Of a stretch of DNA of 42,035 nucleotides, positions 29,744 through 38,983 are shown piece after piece (position 1 is the first letter of the stretch; every line of letters begins with the position of its first letter). The translations under genes were made by a program, and so were the position numbers. The notes beneath the pieces were generated by a model, which saw nothing but the letters and a program-made list of their open reading frames with translations, did not search any database and was not told the DNA's origin. Source of the stretch: a virus (lineage: Duplodnaviria > Caudoviricetes); IMG/VR virus record IMGVR_UViG_3300027887_000023, positions 1-42,035 of that record, one strand, 5' to 3'.

Positions 29744-30898
29744 TTATTCCACCTGTACCGAAAATCTAAAACCTTCTTGAGTGATGGTTATGGATGATAA
29801 TTTCTCAATCGTCAGATCATAGTTTGATCCATTGGTTTGAGTATAAAGAACAACCAGCTGACCATTAAGCCATTCAGAATTGATGTATTTTCTGGTCTGC
29901 GTTCCGCCAGTAATTAAATCAGTCCAACCGTCCCACGTGTTAGAAGCAACCGTGTATTTATTATATGAAACTGAGCAACTTGCATCCCCACGTATTACAA
30001 CCAAATAAATATCTGTGCCGTTTGTACATAAAGTTATTTCAGAATTTGCTGCCAATCCAGATGAAGGCCAACTTGGAGCCGTTCTTGCTGTCCAATTTAC
30101 TCCCTGATCTGTTGTCCTATATAGTGCAATGGTTGAAGCTCCATTTTTTGTACAACAAAAAACAGCATCGTCACTTATTCGTACGGCATCCCAATGAAAA
30201 TAAAAGTCAGTTGGAGCAGTTACATATATAGGAATCGCACTAGGATTATCTGACCAACCACTACCATTCCAATACTGACTTCTAACACAAGCATATCCTC
30301 CGGTATCATCATCTTTATCAAGGAGCAGAAAATGTTGAGAGGCTAATGCAAAAGCTTTCAAAGATTTGCAGTTACCACTATTCCCAGATGGGTTTAGATC
30401 GGTCCAATTTATAGCAGAAAAAGTTGAAGACAAAACTGATGAGGCATAATAAAAATGCTCATTTGTTCCATAGTCTGCAAGTGAACAAGGATAACCTACT
30501 GAATCTTTTATAAGATCAATAACAGACTGAACAGATGTTACCCCTGAGATAGTCCTATCAGTAGTCCCCCATGAAATTGATGTTCCTGAGATAACACCGC
30601 GAATATAGTGTCCATAATCATAACTGTCTGTAGCAACAAAACTCACCAGCACCAATGAGTTTGATGAGTCCCACAGGACAGACATATTACTCCCATCCTG
30701 TGAAGTTCCACTCGCTAAAGCAACACTTGATTCAGTCCAACTTATCAGGTCTGTCGAATGGGTATAGAACAAGGTGTTGGCAGTCCCACTTTTCATGTAG
30801 AAAGCCCAAAACCTTGTTCCGTCAAATATAATCTTTGTCTGTTGAGAATGGCCAGTTGGATTTGTGATTGTTCCAACAGATGATATTACTTGTGCCAT
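29744..30898 (-). CDS. Putative beta-propeller (BNR/sialidase-like) virion protein
   Basis: Asp-box-like HSTDLISW and RTTDQGVNW; Trp/Ser/Thr-rich blades. Confidence 0.65.
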   Translation of the reverse strand: MAQVISSVGTITNPTGHSQQTKIIFDGTRFWAFYMKSGTANTLFYTHSTDLISWTESSVALASGTSQDGSNMSVLWDSSNSLVLVSFVATDSYDYGHYIRGVISGTSISWGTTDRTISGVTSVQSVIDLIKDSVGYPCSLADYGTNEHFYYASSVLSSTFSAINWTDLNPSGNSGNCKSLKAFALASQHFLLLDKDDDTGGYACVRSQYWNGSGWSDNPSAIPIYVTAPTDFYFHWDAVRISDDAVFCCTKNGASTIALYRTTDQGVNWTARTAPSWPSSGLAANSEITLCTNGTDIYLVVIRGDASCSVSYNKYTVASNTWDGWTDLITGGTQTRKYINSEWLNGQLVVLYTQTNGSNYDLTIEKLSSITITQEGFRFSVQVE

Positions 30899-30920
30899 TT
30901 TATTCTCCCTTTAAAATAAT

Positions 30921-31055
30921 TTATGCTAATCTTCCCATCACTCTTAAGTCTATTTCAAATTCGCTATCATGAAAACGAACTTTTATCCCTGTAACAGGAA
31001 TATTTGTCTTTTCGATACTTTTTATTTCTGCTGAAAGAGCCATCACATACCCCAT
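30921..31055 (-). CDS. Small hypothetical protein (44 aa)
   Basis: Read manually: MGYVMALSAEIKSIEK...; TAATG-coupled to the upstream stop and fills the gap. Confidence 0.45.
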   Translation of the reverse strand: MGYVMALSAEIKSIEKTNIPVTGIKVRFHDSEFEIDLRVMGRLA

Positions 31056-31372
31056 TATTTTATTACTTTACATCGCAAAAGATTAGACTGATCTGATTGA
31101 CCTACATCATTACTTGTCTTTACATAAAAACTATAAGTTCCACCAACAAGAAGATTCAGTTCTTTTATGCTAATCCTTGTGTCATTCGAACTCATAGTTT
31201 TGTTGTAAAAATTTATCCCATCATTAAAATATAATGTATATTTTGTTGCCCCAACAGGCACAGATACCACCAAAGTTTTATATCCACTATTAGTAGAGGA
31301 AGTCGTTCCAATAGAATTTGTTACACATCCAGATAACATAATTAAACTAATGAATAACAATATCTTTTTCAC
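31055..31372 (-). CDS. Lipoprotein with fibronectin type III-like domain
   Basis: Signal MKKILLFISLIMLSGC; TYSFYVKTSNDVGQSDQSN Fn3 C-terminal motif. Confidence 0.7.
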   Translation of the reverse strand: MKKILLFISLIMLSGCVTNSIGTTSSTNSGYKTLVVSVPVGATKYTLYFNDGINFYNKTMSSNDTRISIKELNLLVGGTYSFYVKTSNDVGQSDQSNLLRCKVIK

Positions 31373-31387
31373 GACTTCCTCTGTAAA

Positions 31388-31771
31388 TTATTTTAACTGT
31401 AAAACCGCAGTTCCAGGTACTGTTGCAGGAACTGGAGGTAAAACATCTATAGGTGGTGTAAACTTAGGCATTTCGTATGTTACCGAATTACTCGCTGGAC
31501 CTTCTCCAGCATCATTACTTGCCTTAACAATAAATGTATATGTTTTTCCTGCCCCCATATTTAAAGCAGTAAAATCCACGCCTGTAACTGACGCAGAAAC
31601 CGTTTTACTAAATGTCGAACTAACCACAGTTCCTTCCCCATAATATACTGTATAATTTGCAACGGGACCTCCATTTATAGGAGCATCCCACTTTATTCCT
31701 GTTGCTGCATAAACCTCAACAGCAAAAAATAGAATCAACAAACCAAAAATACATGAGAACAAAGATTTCAT
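31388..31771 (-). CDS. Secreted fibronectin type III domain protein
   Basis: Sec signal ending VYA; WDAP...YTVYYG...TYTFIVKASNDAGEGPASN; start at 31771 with GGAGG. Confidence 0.8.
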   Translation of the reverse strand: MKSLFSCIFGLLILFFAVEVYAATGIKWDAPINGGPVANYTVYYGEGTVVSSTFSKTVSASVTGVDFTALNMGAGKTYTFIVKASNDAGEGPASNSVTYEMPKFTPPIDVLPPVPATVPGTAVLQLK

Positions 31772-31779
31772 AATCCCTC

Positions 31780-32013
31780 CTATTTTCCACCTCGGCCACC
31801 GATATATCCAATCAAACCACCGACAGATGTTAAGCAAATATCTTTTACAACTTCGGCTGATCCCAATACCACAATCGTCACAACGGGAATTAAGATAATT
31901 CCAAGAATAGCTAAAGTTCTGTCTAGTTTATACAATGTATATGCCCACACCGATTTTCTTCTTTCCATTGAGGGCATTATTACTTTGTTTTGATCAAATA
32001 TTTCATCGGCCAT
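31780..32013 (-). CDS. Small membrane protein
   Basis: Two hydrophobic segments, GGLIGYIGG. Confidence 0.6.
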   Translation of the reverse strand: MADEIFDQNKVIMPSMERRKSVWAYTLYKLDRTLAILGIILIPVVTIVVLGSAEVVKDICLTSVGGLIGYIGGRGGK

Positions 32014-32873
32014 TAAAATTGTTCCTTATAATAATTAATCGTTTTCTGTAAACCATCTTCCAATGATGTTAGTGGAATCCATCCAAGTAATGATTTGGCT
32101 TTTTCGAGATCAGCTACTTTATGACATTCATCCACCACCATAACATTATGAGTTGTTATAATTTCAGATTTACTTTCTGTTAGATGAAGAATTGTTTGAG
32201 CAAGGTCTTTTATCTTAATTCCTTGAGGATATCCAAACTCAACAACACCATTAGTGTTGGATTCCATGTATGTGATTAACCCCCGAACAATATCATCTAC
32301 AAAACAAAAAGAATCTACCTGTTCTCCACCATTCCACAAATGTAAAGGTTCATTGTTTAATGCTTTCTGAATAAAAACAGGTATAACTCTGCTATCATCT
32401 GTCCTCATCCTTGGCCCATAAATACTTGCCAGTCTAGCTACTTTCTGACCAAAAGCCTGGCACAAGAGTTCACCATATCTTTTTCCTATGATATACGGTT
32501 CTACTCTAGGACAATTTCCATGAACCTTAACACTTGATACGAATATCATCTTAACCTTGGCTTGTTCAGCTATCCGTATCAAATTAAACGTACCTTCACC
32601 ATTCGCAGATAATGTATCTTTATAAAACTTCTGAATATCCCCAGGTGCTGTCGGACTAGCAAGATGAAAAATTCCGTCCAATTCCATACTAATAACATCT
32701 AAAGCATCCATCTTCATTAACTGAAAATTAGGGGAAACTGTAAGATGTCTAATATTGTCCAACATTCCTGTGGTTAAATTATCTATACAAACTACTTTAT
32801 CTCCTCTACGCAACAACTCTTCACAAAGATGAGAACCTATAAATCCTGCCCCGCCTGTTACGATATATTTCAT
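32013..32873 (-). CDS. NAD-dependent NDP-sugar epimerase/dehydratase (UDP-glucuronate decarboxylase-like)
   Basis: VTGGAGFIGSHL, FHLASP, YIIGK (YxxxK), YGPRM..DDSRVIPVFI. Confidence 0.9.
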   Translation of the reverse strand: MKYIVTGGAGFIGSHLCEELLRRGDKVVCIDNLTTGMLDNIRHLTVSPNFQLMKMDALDVISMELDGIFHLASPTAPGDIQKFYKDTLSANGEGTFNLIRIAEQAKVKMIFVSSVKVHGNCPRVEPYIIGKRYGELLCQAFGQKVARLASIYGPRMRTDDSRVIPVFIQKALNNEPLHLWNGGEQVDSFCFVDDIVRGLITYMESNTNGVVEFGYPQGIKIKDLAQTILHLTESKSEIITTHNVMVVDECHKVADLEKAKSLLGWIPLTSLEDGLQKTINYYKEQF

Positions 32874-32882
32874 ATCTGCCTC

Positions 32883-33041
32883 CTATGCGGATAAAACCAC
32901 CCTGCCTTCACGAACTGTTACATTGTTAACTTTTAGCGGAACTGCCTTATCTCCAGGATGATAAATTATCAAAATGTCTAAATTAGCATCCCGTTCCTTC
33001 CAAATATTTTGTAATATTTGTATCAACTGTGTTATCTTCAT
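32883..33041 (-). CDS. Small hypothetical protein (52 aa)
   Basis: MKITQLIQILQ..., GGAGG RBS upstream of 33041. Confidence 0.55.
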   Translation of the reverse strand: MKITQLIQILQNIWKERDANLDILIIYHPGDKAVPLKVNNVTVREGRVVLSA

Positions 33042-34074
33042 TCCCTGCCTCCTTAGATACAACCACAAAAGGTGGTTGATTTGCGTCGTCAAGATATACT
33101 ACCTCTGTATCTTCGTTTTTCTTCATTTCTACCCCAAACATCTCAAAAGGAAAAGCCCAGTCAAGAGATGTCATATATTTTGCTGGAGCATCAATTAAAT
33201 ACGGACTCCAGAAGTGTTGATCATTTACTACCAAAAACATACCATATCTTTTAGCAATAATATTTCGGTATTCTGTATCTTTATACATTGCCATTGGCGT
33301 ATGTTCAAGATCATGTTCGGTAGCAAATTGAAGATCATGTATTTTATAGTTGCCTTTTTTGATCTTCGTAAAGTTCTTACATCTACCATAATTTAATGGA
33401 GAAATATCATCTATCCCTTCAATACTTGATCGTCTTTTCAGTTTGATAGGATATCCGCATCTCGTACAGAACATATCCATCTGCTCTCTAAAATCTGCGG
33501 GAAGTCGATGCCACCATCCTTTTTCCACCGGCCAACCTTTTCGGTCCTCTTCTTCAAACAACATTGCCATAGATGCTGCAATTTCACAGAACCAAGCTCC
33601 TCGTGGGTTAATTGATGCCGACCAACTCATCTGAACCCAACAATTATCTATCAAGTGCCACATCTGATTCTTGTTCGGCACCATCTCCTCGATTCCAACC
33701 AATGAAGGAGCATGAAATATATCCAGTCTTGTGTGATCATTAAAAAATACATGTTTGAACGTTGCACATATATCATCTGCGTAATGTTCAAAACCTTCAG
33801 GCAACGTAGTCCAGAGGCCTAAATGATCAGGTGTGAATTTTGATCTTAAATATTCACACATCTCATGAAATTGTGGGTGAAGTAAAGGATCTCCACCCTG
33901 TATCCCGACCATTTGGGGATAATGTTCTAAAGAATCCACAGCATTTTTGAAAAAATCGAAATCCATAAACCAAGGTTCTTTATAACCCACAAATCTCGAA
34001 CAATTCGAACATCGGTTTCTACATGCCGTGGTAACTTCTATCTGTATTGTGTCCATGTGAAATGGTGATCTCAT
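32983..34074 (-). CDS. Radical SAM enzyme
   Basis: CRNRCSNC (CxxxCxxC), QGGDPLLHP, auxiliary Cys motifs GAWFCE and CTRC. Confidence 0.9.
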   Translation of the reverse strand: MRSPFHMDTIQIEVTTACRNRCSNCSRFVGYKEPWFMDFDFFKNAVDSLEHYPQMVGIQGGDPLLHPQFHEMCEYLRSKFTPDHLGLWTTLPEGFEHYADDICATFKHVFFNDHTRLDIFHAPSLVGIEEMVPNKNQMWHLIDNCWVQMSWSASINPRGAWFCEIAASMAMLFEEEDRKGWPVEKGWWHRLPADFREQMDMFCTRCGYPIKLKRRSSIEGIDDISPLNYGRCKNFTKIKKGNYKIHDLQFATEHDLEHTPMAMYKDTEYRNIIAKRYGMFLVVNDQHFWSPYLIDAPAKYMTSLDWAFPFEMFGVEMKKNEDTEVVYLDDANQPPFVVVSKEAGNEDNTVDTNITKYLEGTGC

Positions 34075-34772
34075 TTTATCACTCCCCAGGCTTTTAACAC
34101 GTTTCGCATGTTAACTACCTTCTCCTGATAAGGGACAGCATAAATATGCCACAGGAAGTTAAAACCACCAATTTTGTTCCGTTCAAAAATATCATGAATT
34201 GTATCAAACTTCAATCCATATTTTGCGATGTTATAACTAAAAACATAATCTTCAATCAATCTACTAGGTGTTACTCCAGCTTTTAATTCGTTATATACTG
34301 GAATGATTTGAAAATATGTTTCGTCAGGTGTCATATCCACCATGGGGTGGAAAAGATCTATCGTCCAATCAGACGCAACACAGAACCATGAGGCCGAACC
34401 TATCTTTCTCCCATCCCTTCTAAAAACATTGTTCATCCTCCACCGAATTGTGTTAAGATCTGCCCCATTATGTGCTGTAAACTCTTTAGACATATGGGCC
34501 GTAACATCTGGGGTATCGGGATGAATCAAAGCATCACAATCCACAAAAATGTTCCAGTCGTTTTTGTGTAGTTGACCCAACTCATATACCTGACATTTCT
34601 CATATGTCGCTGTCCATTGAGGAAATTTACGTTCTGTAATCTCATAAAAATCAGCTCCAATCTTTTGGGCATACGTTTTTAAGAGTGGATAAGTCATATC
34701 AGTGATCTCTTTGGGATATGCCTTATCTAAGTTAAGTGTATAAATAGTTTTCTGCTCTTGTCGTTGATACAT
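34071..34772 (-). CDS. Glycosyltransferase (GT-A fold, DxD)
   Basis: YAQKIGADF...EK...IFVDCDALIHPDTPD. Confidence 0.75.
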   Translation of the reverse strand: MYQRQEQKTIYTLNLDKAYPKEITDMTYPLLKTYAQKIGADFYEITERKFPQWTATYEKCQVYELGQLHKNDWNIFVDCDALIHPDTPDVTAHMSKEFTAHNGADLNTIRWRMNNVFRRDGRKIGSASWFCVASDWTIDLFHPMVDMTPDETYFQIIPVYNELKAGVTPSRLIEDYVFSYNIAKYGLKFDTIHDIFERNKIGGFNFLWHIYAVPYQEKVVNMRNVLKAWGVIK

Positions 34773-34789
34773 TATCGCCTCCGATAAGT

Positions 34790-35299
34790 TTAAAGATTAA
34801 TCTGCCAAATACTTCCAGCCCCAACCTCTACTGCCTGTAAATTTAGTTCATCAAACAGACTTTTTCCGCCAATCTGACCATAATCATGTCCACAAATCAA
34901 TCTTTTTGCCTTGGATAACCACACAGTAAGATCAGTTATAACATTAGTCCTATTGTGACATCCATCAATAAACACTACGTCCACCGATTTATCTGCAAAA
35001 AATTTCGACGCTTCAACACTTGTCATCCTCATAGACACAAGATTTTTAAAACTTCCTACATTTTCCCAAAACTGCAGAAAAATATCGGTTGTATTTGCTT
35101 CGGCATGTGAACTCGACCTTTCATCTTCGCTTCCAAGAAAATGATCTACTGCAAATACTGGTCCTTTACATCCAATTAATAAAGATTGAGTACTTTTGCC
35201 TTTCCATGAACCTATTTCAACAACCGATTTCATTGTTGAGGCCATGACCTCTAGCCATTTACATTCATCTGCACTCATCCATCCCTGGATTTCTTTCAT
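34790..35299 (-). CDS. Class I SAM-dependent methyltransferase (Methyltransf_24-like)
   Basis: VVEIGSWKGKST, AVDHF, VFIDGCH, GHDY motifs. Confidence 0.88.
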   Translation of the reverse strand: MKEIQGWMSADECKWLEVMASTMKSVVEIGSWKGKSTQSLLIGCKGPVFAVDHFLGSEDERSSSHAEANTTDIFLQFWENVGSFKNLVSMRMTSVEASKFFADKSVDVVFIDGCHNRTNVITDLTVWLSKAKRLICGHDYGQIGGKSLFDELNLQAVEVGAGSIWQINL

Positions 35300-35312
35300 T
35301 CCGCCATCTCCA

Positions 35313-35753
35313 CTATGTTGCTGTTATAAGGTTATTTCCAGTAAACGTCACAGTAAAAGATTCCCCGTTGTTACAGGTTACGTTAGACGTATAATCATAA
35401 TATCCAATTAGTTGATTATTGGAGCTTGTGGAATTCACATTATAAAGAACCGCATATCTAAACGGCCCGATATTTCCACCAGATGCTGTCCAAGATACAT
35501 TAGCCACATTTGATGCAATCACAGATATATTATTTCCTGCGGATCGAGAAATCGTTGTTCCCATTGCAGCTCCGCCAGTAACATATCCATTACCATTTGC
35601 AGGTTCACCTGCTGAAAGGTTTGAATAGTTGATATGGTTATTTCCATCGGGAGCTGTACTGGTAAGCATGCACTTTACTCCGTTGGCATTAAAATTGTGT
35701 TGTGCTACGCCCATAGCCATAGCAAGGTTACTGAACTTCTGTAATGTCGCCAT
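35313..35753 (-). CDS. Virion structural protein (Asn-rich)
   Basis: [33 protein letters not shown] motifs typical of small phage structural proteins. Confidence 0.7.
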   Translation of the reverse strand: MATLQKFSNLAMAMGVAQHNFNANGVKCMLTSTAPDGNNHINYSNLSAGEPANGNGYVTGGAAMGTTISRSAGNNISVIASNVANVSWTASGGNIGPFRYAVLYNVNSTSSNNQLIGYYDYTSNVTCNNGESFTVTFTGNNLITAT

Positions 35754-35883
35754 CTTTAATCTCCCTATAAATATATTGTTCTAACCATGTATGGTCAAAC
35801 CATACTTTGTTCCAAAATAAAAGACGATTAGACATAATCATCTCTCTTAACGACCCAAGTCTTAATATTAATACCTGTTTCAT
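35728..35883 (-). CDS. Small hypothetical protein (51 aa)
   Basis: Read manually: [24 protein letters not shown]...; fills the gap. Confidence 0.45.
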   Translation of the reverse strand: MKQVLILRLGSLREMIMSNRLLFWNKVWFDHTWLEQYIYREIKDGDITEVQ

Positions 35884-35885
35884 CT

Positions 35886-36185
35886 TTATCTTGCAAAATA
35901 CGTAACCGACGCAGTTACGTTTGCACCATTGGCGGTCATCTTACAGCCTTTTAATGCTGTACGACCATCAACAATAAAATTTCCGTTTGCAAGAACAAGA
36001 TGTCCTACTATGTTAGATGAGTTTGTTCCATCTAATCGATATCTTAGATTCCCGCCTTCGATCGACACAAATGCACGTTCTGAATTTGTTGCAAGATTGT
36101 TATTAAAAGATATAACGTCATTGTTTGCAATAGTCAACGTCTCAAATGCATATGGAGGTCTTGGGGCTATTTTAACATCTGTCAT
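35886..36185 (-). CDS. Putative virion structural protein (Asn-rich)
   Basis: NLRYRLDGT..VGH motif; AGGAG RBS. Confidence 0.65.
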   Translation of the reverse strand: MTDVKIAPRPPYAFETLTIANNDVISFNNNLATNSERAFVSIEGGNLRYRLDGTNSSNIVGHLVLANGNFIVDGRTALKGCKMTANGANVTASVTYFAR

Positions 36186-36203
36186 AATTCTATCTCCTGT
36201 TTT

Positions 36204-36227
36204 CCGTATTTACCTAGGTAAAGTCGG
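36204..36227. promoter_or_regulatory. 24-bp palindromic motif, copy 4
   Basis: CCGTATTTACCTAGGTAAAGTCGG, 18 nt upstream of the 36185 start. Confidence 0.7.
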
Positions 36228-36240
36228 TTAATGTTCAGCT

Positions 36241-37455
36241 TTATTCTTTCCGTTCCGAGTATTCGGACAGCCGTGCATAAGATTTCAAGAAACTCTTAAG
36301 ATCATCTGTCACTTCTACTGCGTCAATAGGCACTAGCTGTGAAATATAATTTGTCATGTCCTTAAGATTCACCTTTCTTACTAATGTATGTACTACTGAT
36401 GGGAAGTTTTGATAATCCTCTCTTCCGTTCAGCCCAAACAGGAGTCTTACCGCCTGGCGGTTAATCGTGGAGGCCATATTATCCATCCACCCCTCAAGAC
36501 AAAGATAAAACATCTCCGTTTGTTCTCCAGCCAAGGCGTATGATCCTGTCCTCTCCATTCCCAGCATAATAAACTGAGCTAGAACCGTTACGGCTATCTC
36601 CTTATTATACCTATTAATAATCTCAACAGTATTAAATTGTCTCTGTCCTGGAGAGGAAACAAGTTCAAATAACCACCCATCGGGTAAAAGAATTCCATCC
36701 TGTTCATCCCTTCTCACATTAGCAATTAATCTTTTGGCTGCAGTTACGGCTGCTTGAGTTTCTGGGTCATCATCAGCAAGATTAATTCCTGGAGGAAGAT
36801 TAATCTTCGGTAGTCCTGTAAAATCCCTTTCTAATCCTATCCCTTCAAGTTCCTCAATAACCTTCTTGAAAAACCAAGGGCGATATGAATTTCTCAGAAC
36901 ACTCCGACCCTCAGGATTTCCACCAGCATTTTCTGTTCGGAAATGTATAGACTTACTTAATGGTAGATAATATGATGTATAGTCGGGTGCAGGCCTTTGG
37001 TACATTCCTATAGTGTCTCCTACATCTGTAAACGACCATTCTTCAAGAGATGTTTGACTTCTGAAGGCAAATTTCTTCCATCCAATTTTTCCATCTTGCC
37101 TTCGTTTATATACCTGTTCAAACCAACTCCATCCATATGTTAACATTGACACAGCGTCAGCAATAAAATCACTCCAACTGAATTGCATATCATACATACA
37201 ATCCAACAAGAAGTTTTTATCCTTTTCGCTACCACCATTTGCAGGAATTTGAACGCTCCATCTAGCTTCTCGAAATATCATCGTTATTGCGTGCATGAAA
37301 GCACCAATGATTGGATCATTATCTCTCATTTCACGATATGTTCTTATTCCTTCTGCACTTTTTAGGGTTGAAAGAAATTCTTCATCTACCGTATTATAAT
37401 TTCTTCTTATCCCTGTTTTACCAACCTCTAGCATTGCATAATTTGGTCTAGCCAT
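36241..37455 (-). CDS. Portal protein (DUF935-like)
   Basis: Follows terL; YREMRDND, GNPEGRSVLRNSYRPW, GSYALA motifs. Confidence 0.88.
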   Translation of the reverse strand: MARPNYAMLEVGKTGIRRNYNTVDEEFLSTLKSAEGIRTYREMRDNDPIIGAFMHAITMIFREARWSVQIPANGGSEKDKNFLLDCMYDMQFSWSDFIADAVSMLTYGWSWFEQVYKRRQDGKIGWKKFAFRSQTSLEEWSFTDVGDTIGMYQRPAPDYTSYYLPLSKSIHFRTENAGGNPEGRSVLRNSYRPWFFKKVIEELEGIGLERDFTGLPKINLPPGINLADDDPETQAAVTAAKRLIANVRRDEQDGILLPDGWLFELVSSPGQRQFNTVEIINRYNKEIAVTVLAQFIMLGMERTGSYALAGEQTEMFYLCLEGWMDNMASTINRQAVRLLFGLNGREDYQNFPSVVHTLVRKVNLKDMTNYISQLVPIDAVEVTDDLKSFLKSYARLSEYSERKE

Positions 37456-38935
37456 GCATTCTACTCCATTTAGATGAAGCCACCATTCCAGAACTTCTAC
37501 TTAAAGAAGATCCTTTCGTAAATGGATTCACCCTAGTCATACTATCATTAACATTTCCCACATACACCGGTATAACCAACTGATTGTATTTATCCACGCA
37601 AACATCAGAATCTAAAAACGCATACACCATCGCGTCTGTGTAGTCAGGAGATACTTTCATCTTCTCCTTAGGCTGAATCATTATTCGTCCGTTCGGCATC
37701 GAATATCTTATATCCGACATTTCGTCAATAAGATCTTTCGGCCAAAACTCGCTACATATTTGAGTTATCATCTCCCGCAACTCCCAGTATCCTTGGGCTC
37801 TAAGATTCCCGAAGCGGGACTTCTTTGTCTCCGCAGGCTGTGCTTGACCTATAACTGGATGAACGAGACGAGGATATATAAGGGCCAGGTTTCCAAAAAC
37901 CGTTCCTCCAACACCATTAGCATCTATTTTAACACTAGAAGGCTCGAAGGCGTTGATCGCGGTCAATATCCATTGGGTTAATCCTGCTGCGTCTGCTGTG
38001 TTACCGACAAGATTATATGTTCGCCATTCCATAACCCGAAGGCCCTTTCGGATACACATCACACTTCTCGACGTAGATAACCCTATGTCCACCCCGATCT
38101 CAATAGCATCTCGTCGGCCTCGCATATCTATCAACTCGTTATTTCTCATTGTCTCCACATCGGCCACAGGAAACAACAACTCAATATCCGAGGTTGGAAA
38201 CTCACCCAAAACTTTGATCCTAAATACTGGATGATTTCGGCCATATCGTGCTTCCATCATCTGCAAATATCTAGGCTCGATAAACTTTGAGTCCTCACAG
38301 GATACAGTCATGAGTTTATACATTCCCTTCATTCTAGGTTCTGTAAAAACTGCATGAAAGTATCCTGTAAGCCTGGTCGGGTTAGCCGCAAGAATGGCAT
38401 GGGCATGCTTTCCTGTGAGAGCTCCTTCAACGGCCGGAAAGATGTCATCTGGTATTCCGGATGATTCATCTAACACATATAGGAGATTATCCTCAGCATG
38501 AAATCCTTGCAGTCCCTCTGCTACATGTGTTCCAGGACTAACCCGTGCAGTACGAGCAACAGCATACCACTGGGGCTCATATTTCTTAACCGCAACTTTA
38601 CGTTGGGTCCATACTAAAAGATTCGATAGATAATCTGATCTACTTATGTTTTTGTGATGTTCGGCCCAAAGTAGATCCTCAAGCTGATGTTGACTTGGTG
38701 CAGTAGTTGGTACTTTACTGAATGGCTTGGTCGCCAAAAAATGCATGGTCGCCAAACTCATCCACACCGTCTTTCCCACCCCCGACCCAGCCTTTATCGC
38801 TACAAATCTATCATTATACAAGTTCTCGAAGGCCGTTTTTTGCCATTCATCTAATTCTACTCCAAGGAGGTCTTCACAAAAATCTATTGGGTTCTCCTCA
38901 TAAAACTGCAATGCCTCTAAACTCATTTCTGCCAT
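37448..38935 (-). CDS. terL: Terminase large subunit
   Basis: Walker A AGSGVGKT, Walker B YVLDE, nuclease GVDIG, IDANGVG and SPDYTDA. Confidence 0.93.
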   Translation of the reverse strand: MAEMSLEALQFYEENPIDFCEDLLGVELDEWQKTAFENLYNDRFVAIKAGSGVGKTVWMSLATMHFLATKPFSKVPTTAPSQHQLEDLLWAEHHKNISRSDYLSNLLVWTQRKVAVKKYEPQWYAVARTARVSPGTHVAEGLQGFHAEDNLLYVLDESSGIPDDIFPAVEGALTGKHAHAILAANPTRLTGYFHAVFTEPRMKGMYKLMTVSCEDSKFIEPRYLQMMEARYGRNHPVFRIKVLGEFPTSDIELLFPVADVETMRNNELIDMRGRRDAIEIGVDIGLSTSRSVMCIRKGLRVMEWRTYNLVGNTADAAGLTQWILTAINAFEPSSVKIDANGVGGTVFGNLALIYPRLVHPVIGQAQPAETKKSRFGNLRAQGYWELREMITQICSEFWPKDLIDEMSDIRYSMPNGRIMIQPKEKMKVSPDYTDAMVYAFLDSDVCVDKYNQLVIPVYVGNVNDSMTRVNPFTKGSSLSRSSGMVASSKWSRMHG

Positions 38936-38983
38936 TATTTTGCCTCGATGTTCATATTTTTCAAGTTGGCCTTTTTTGTAGGC

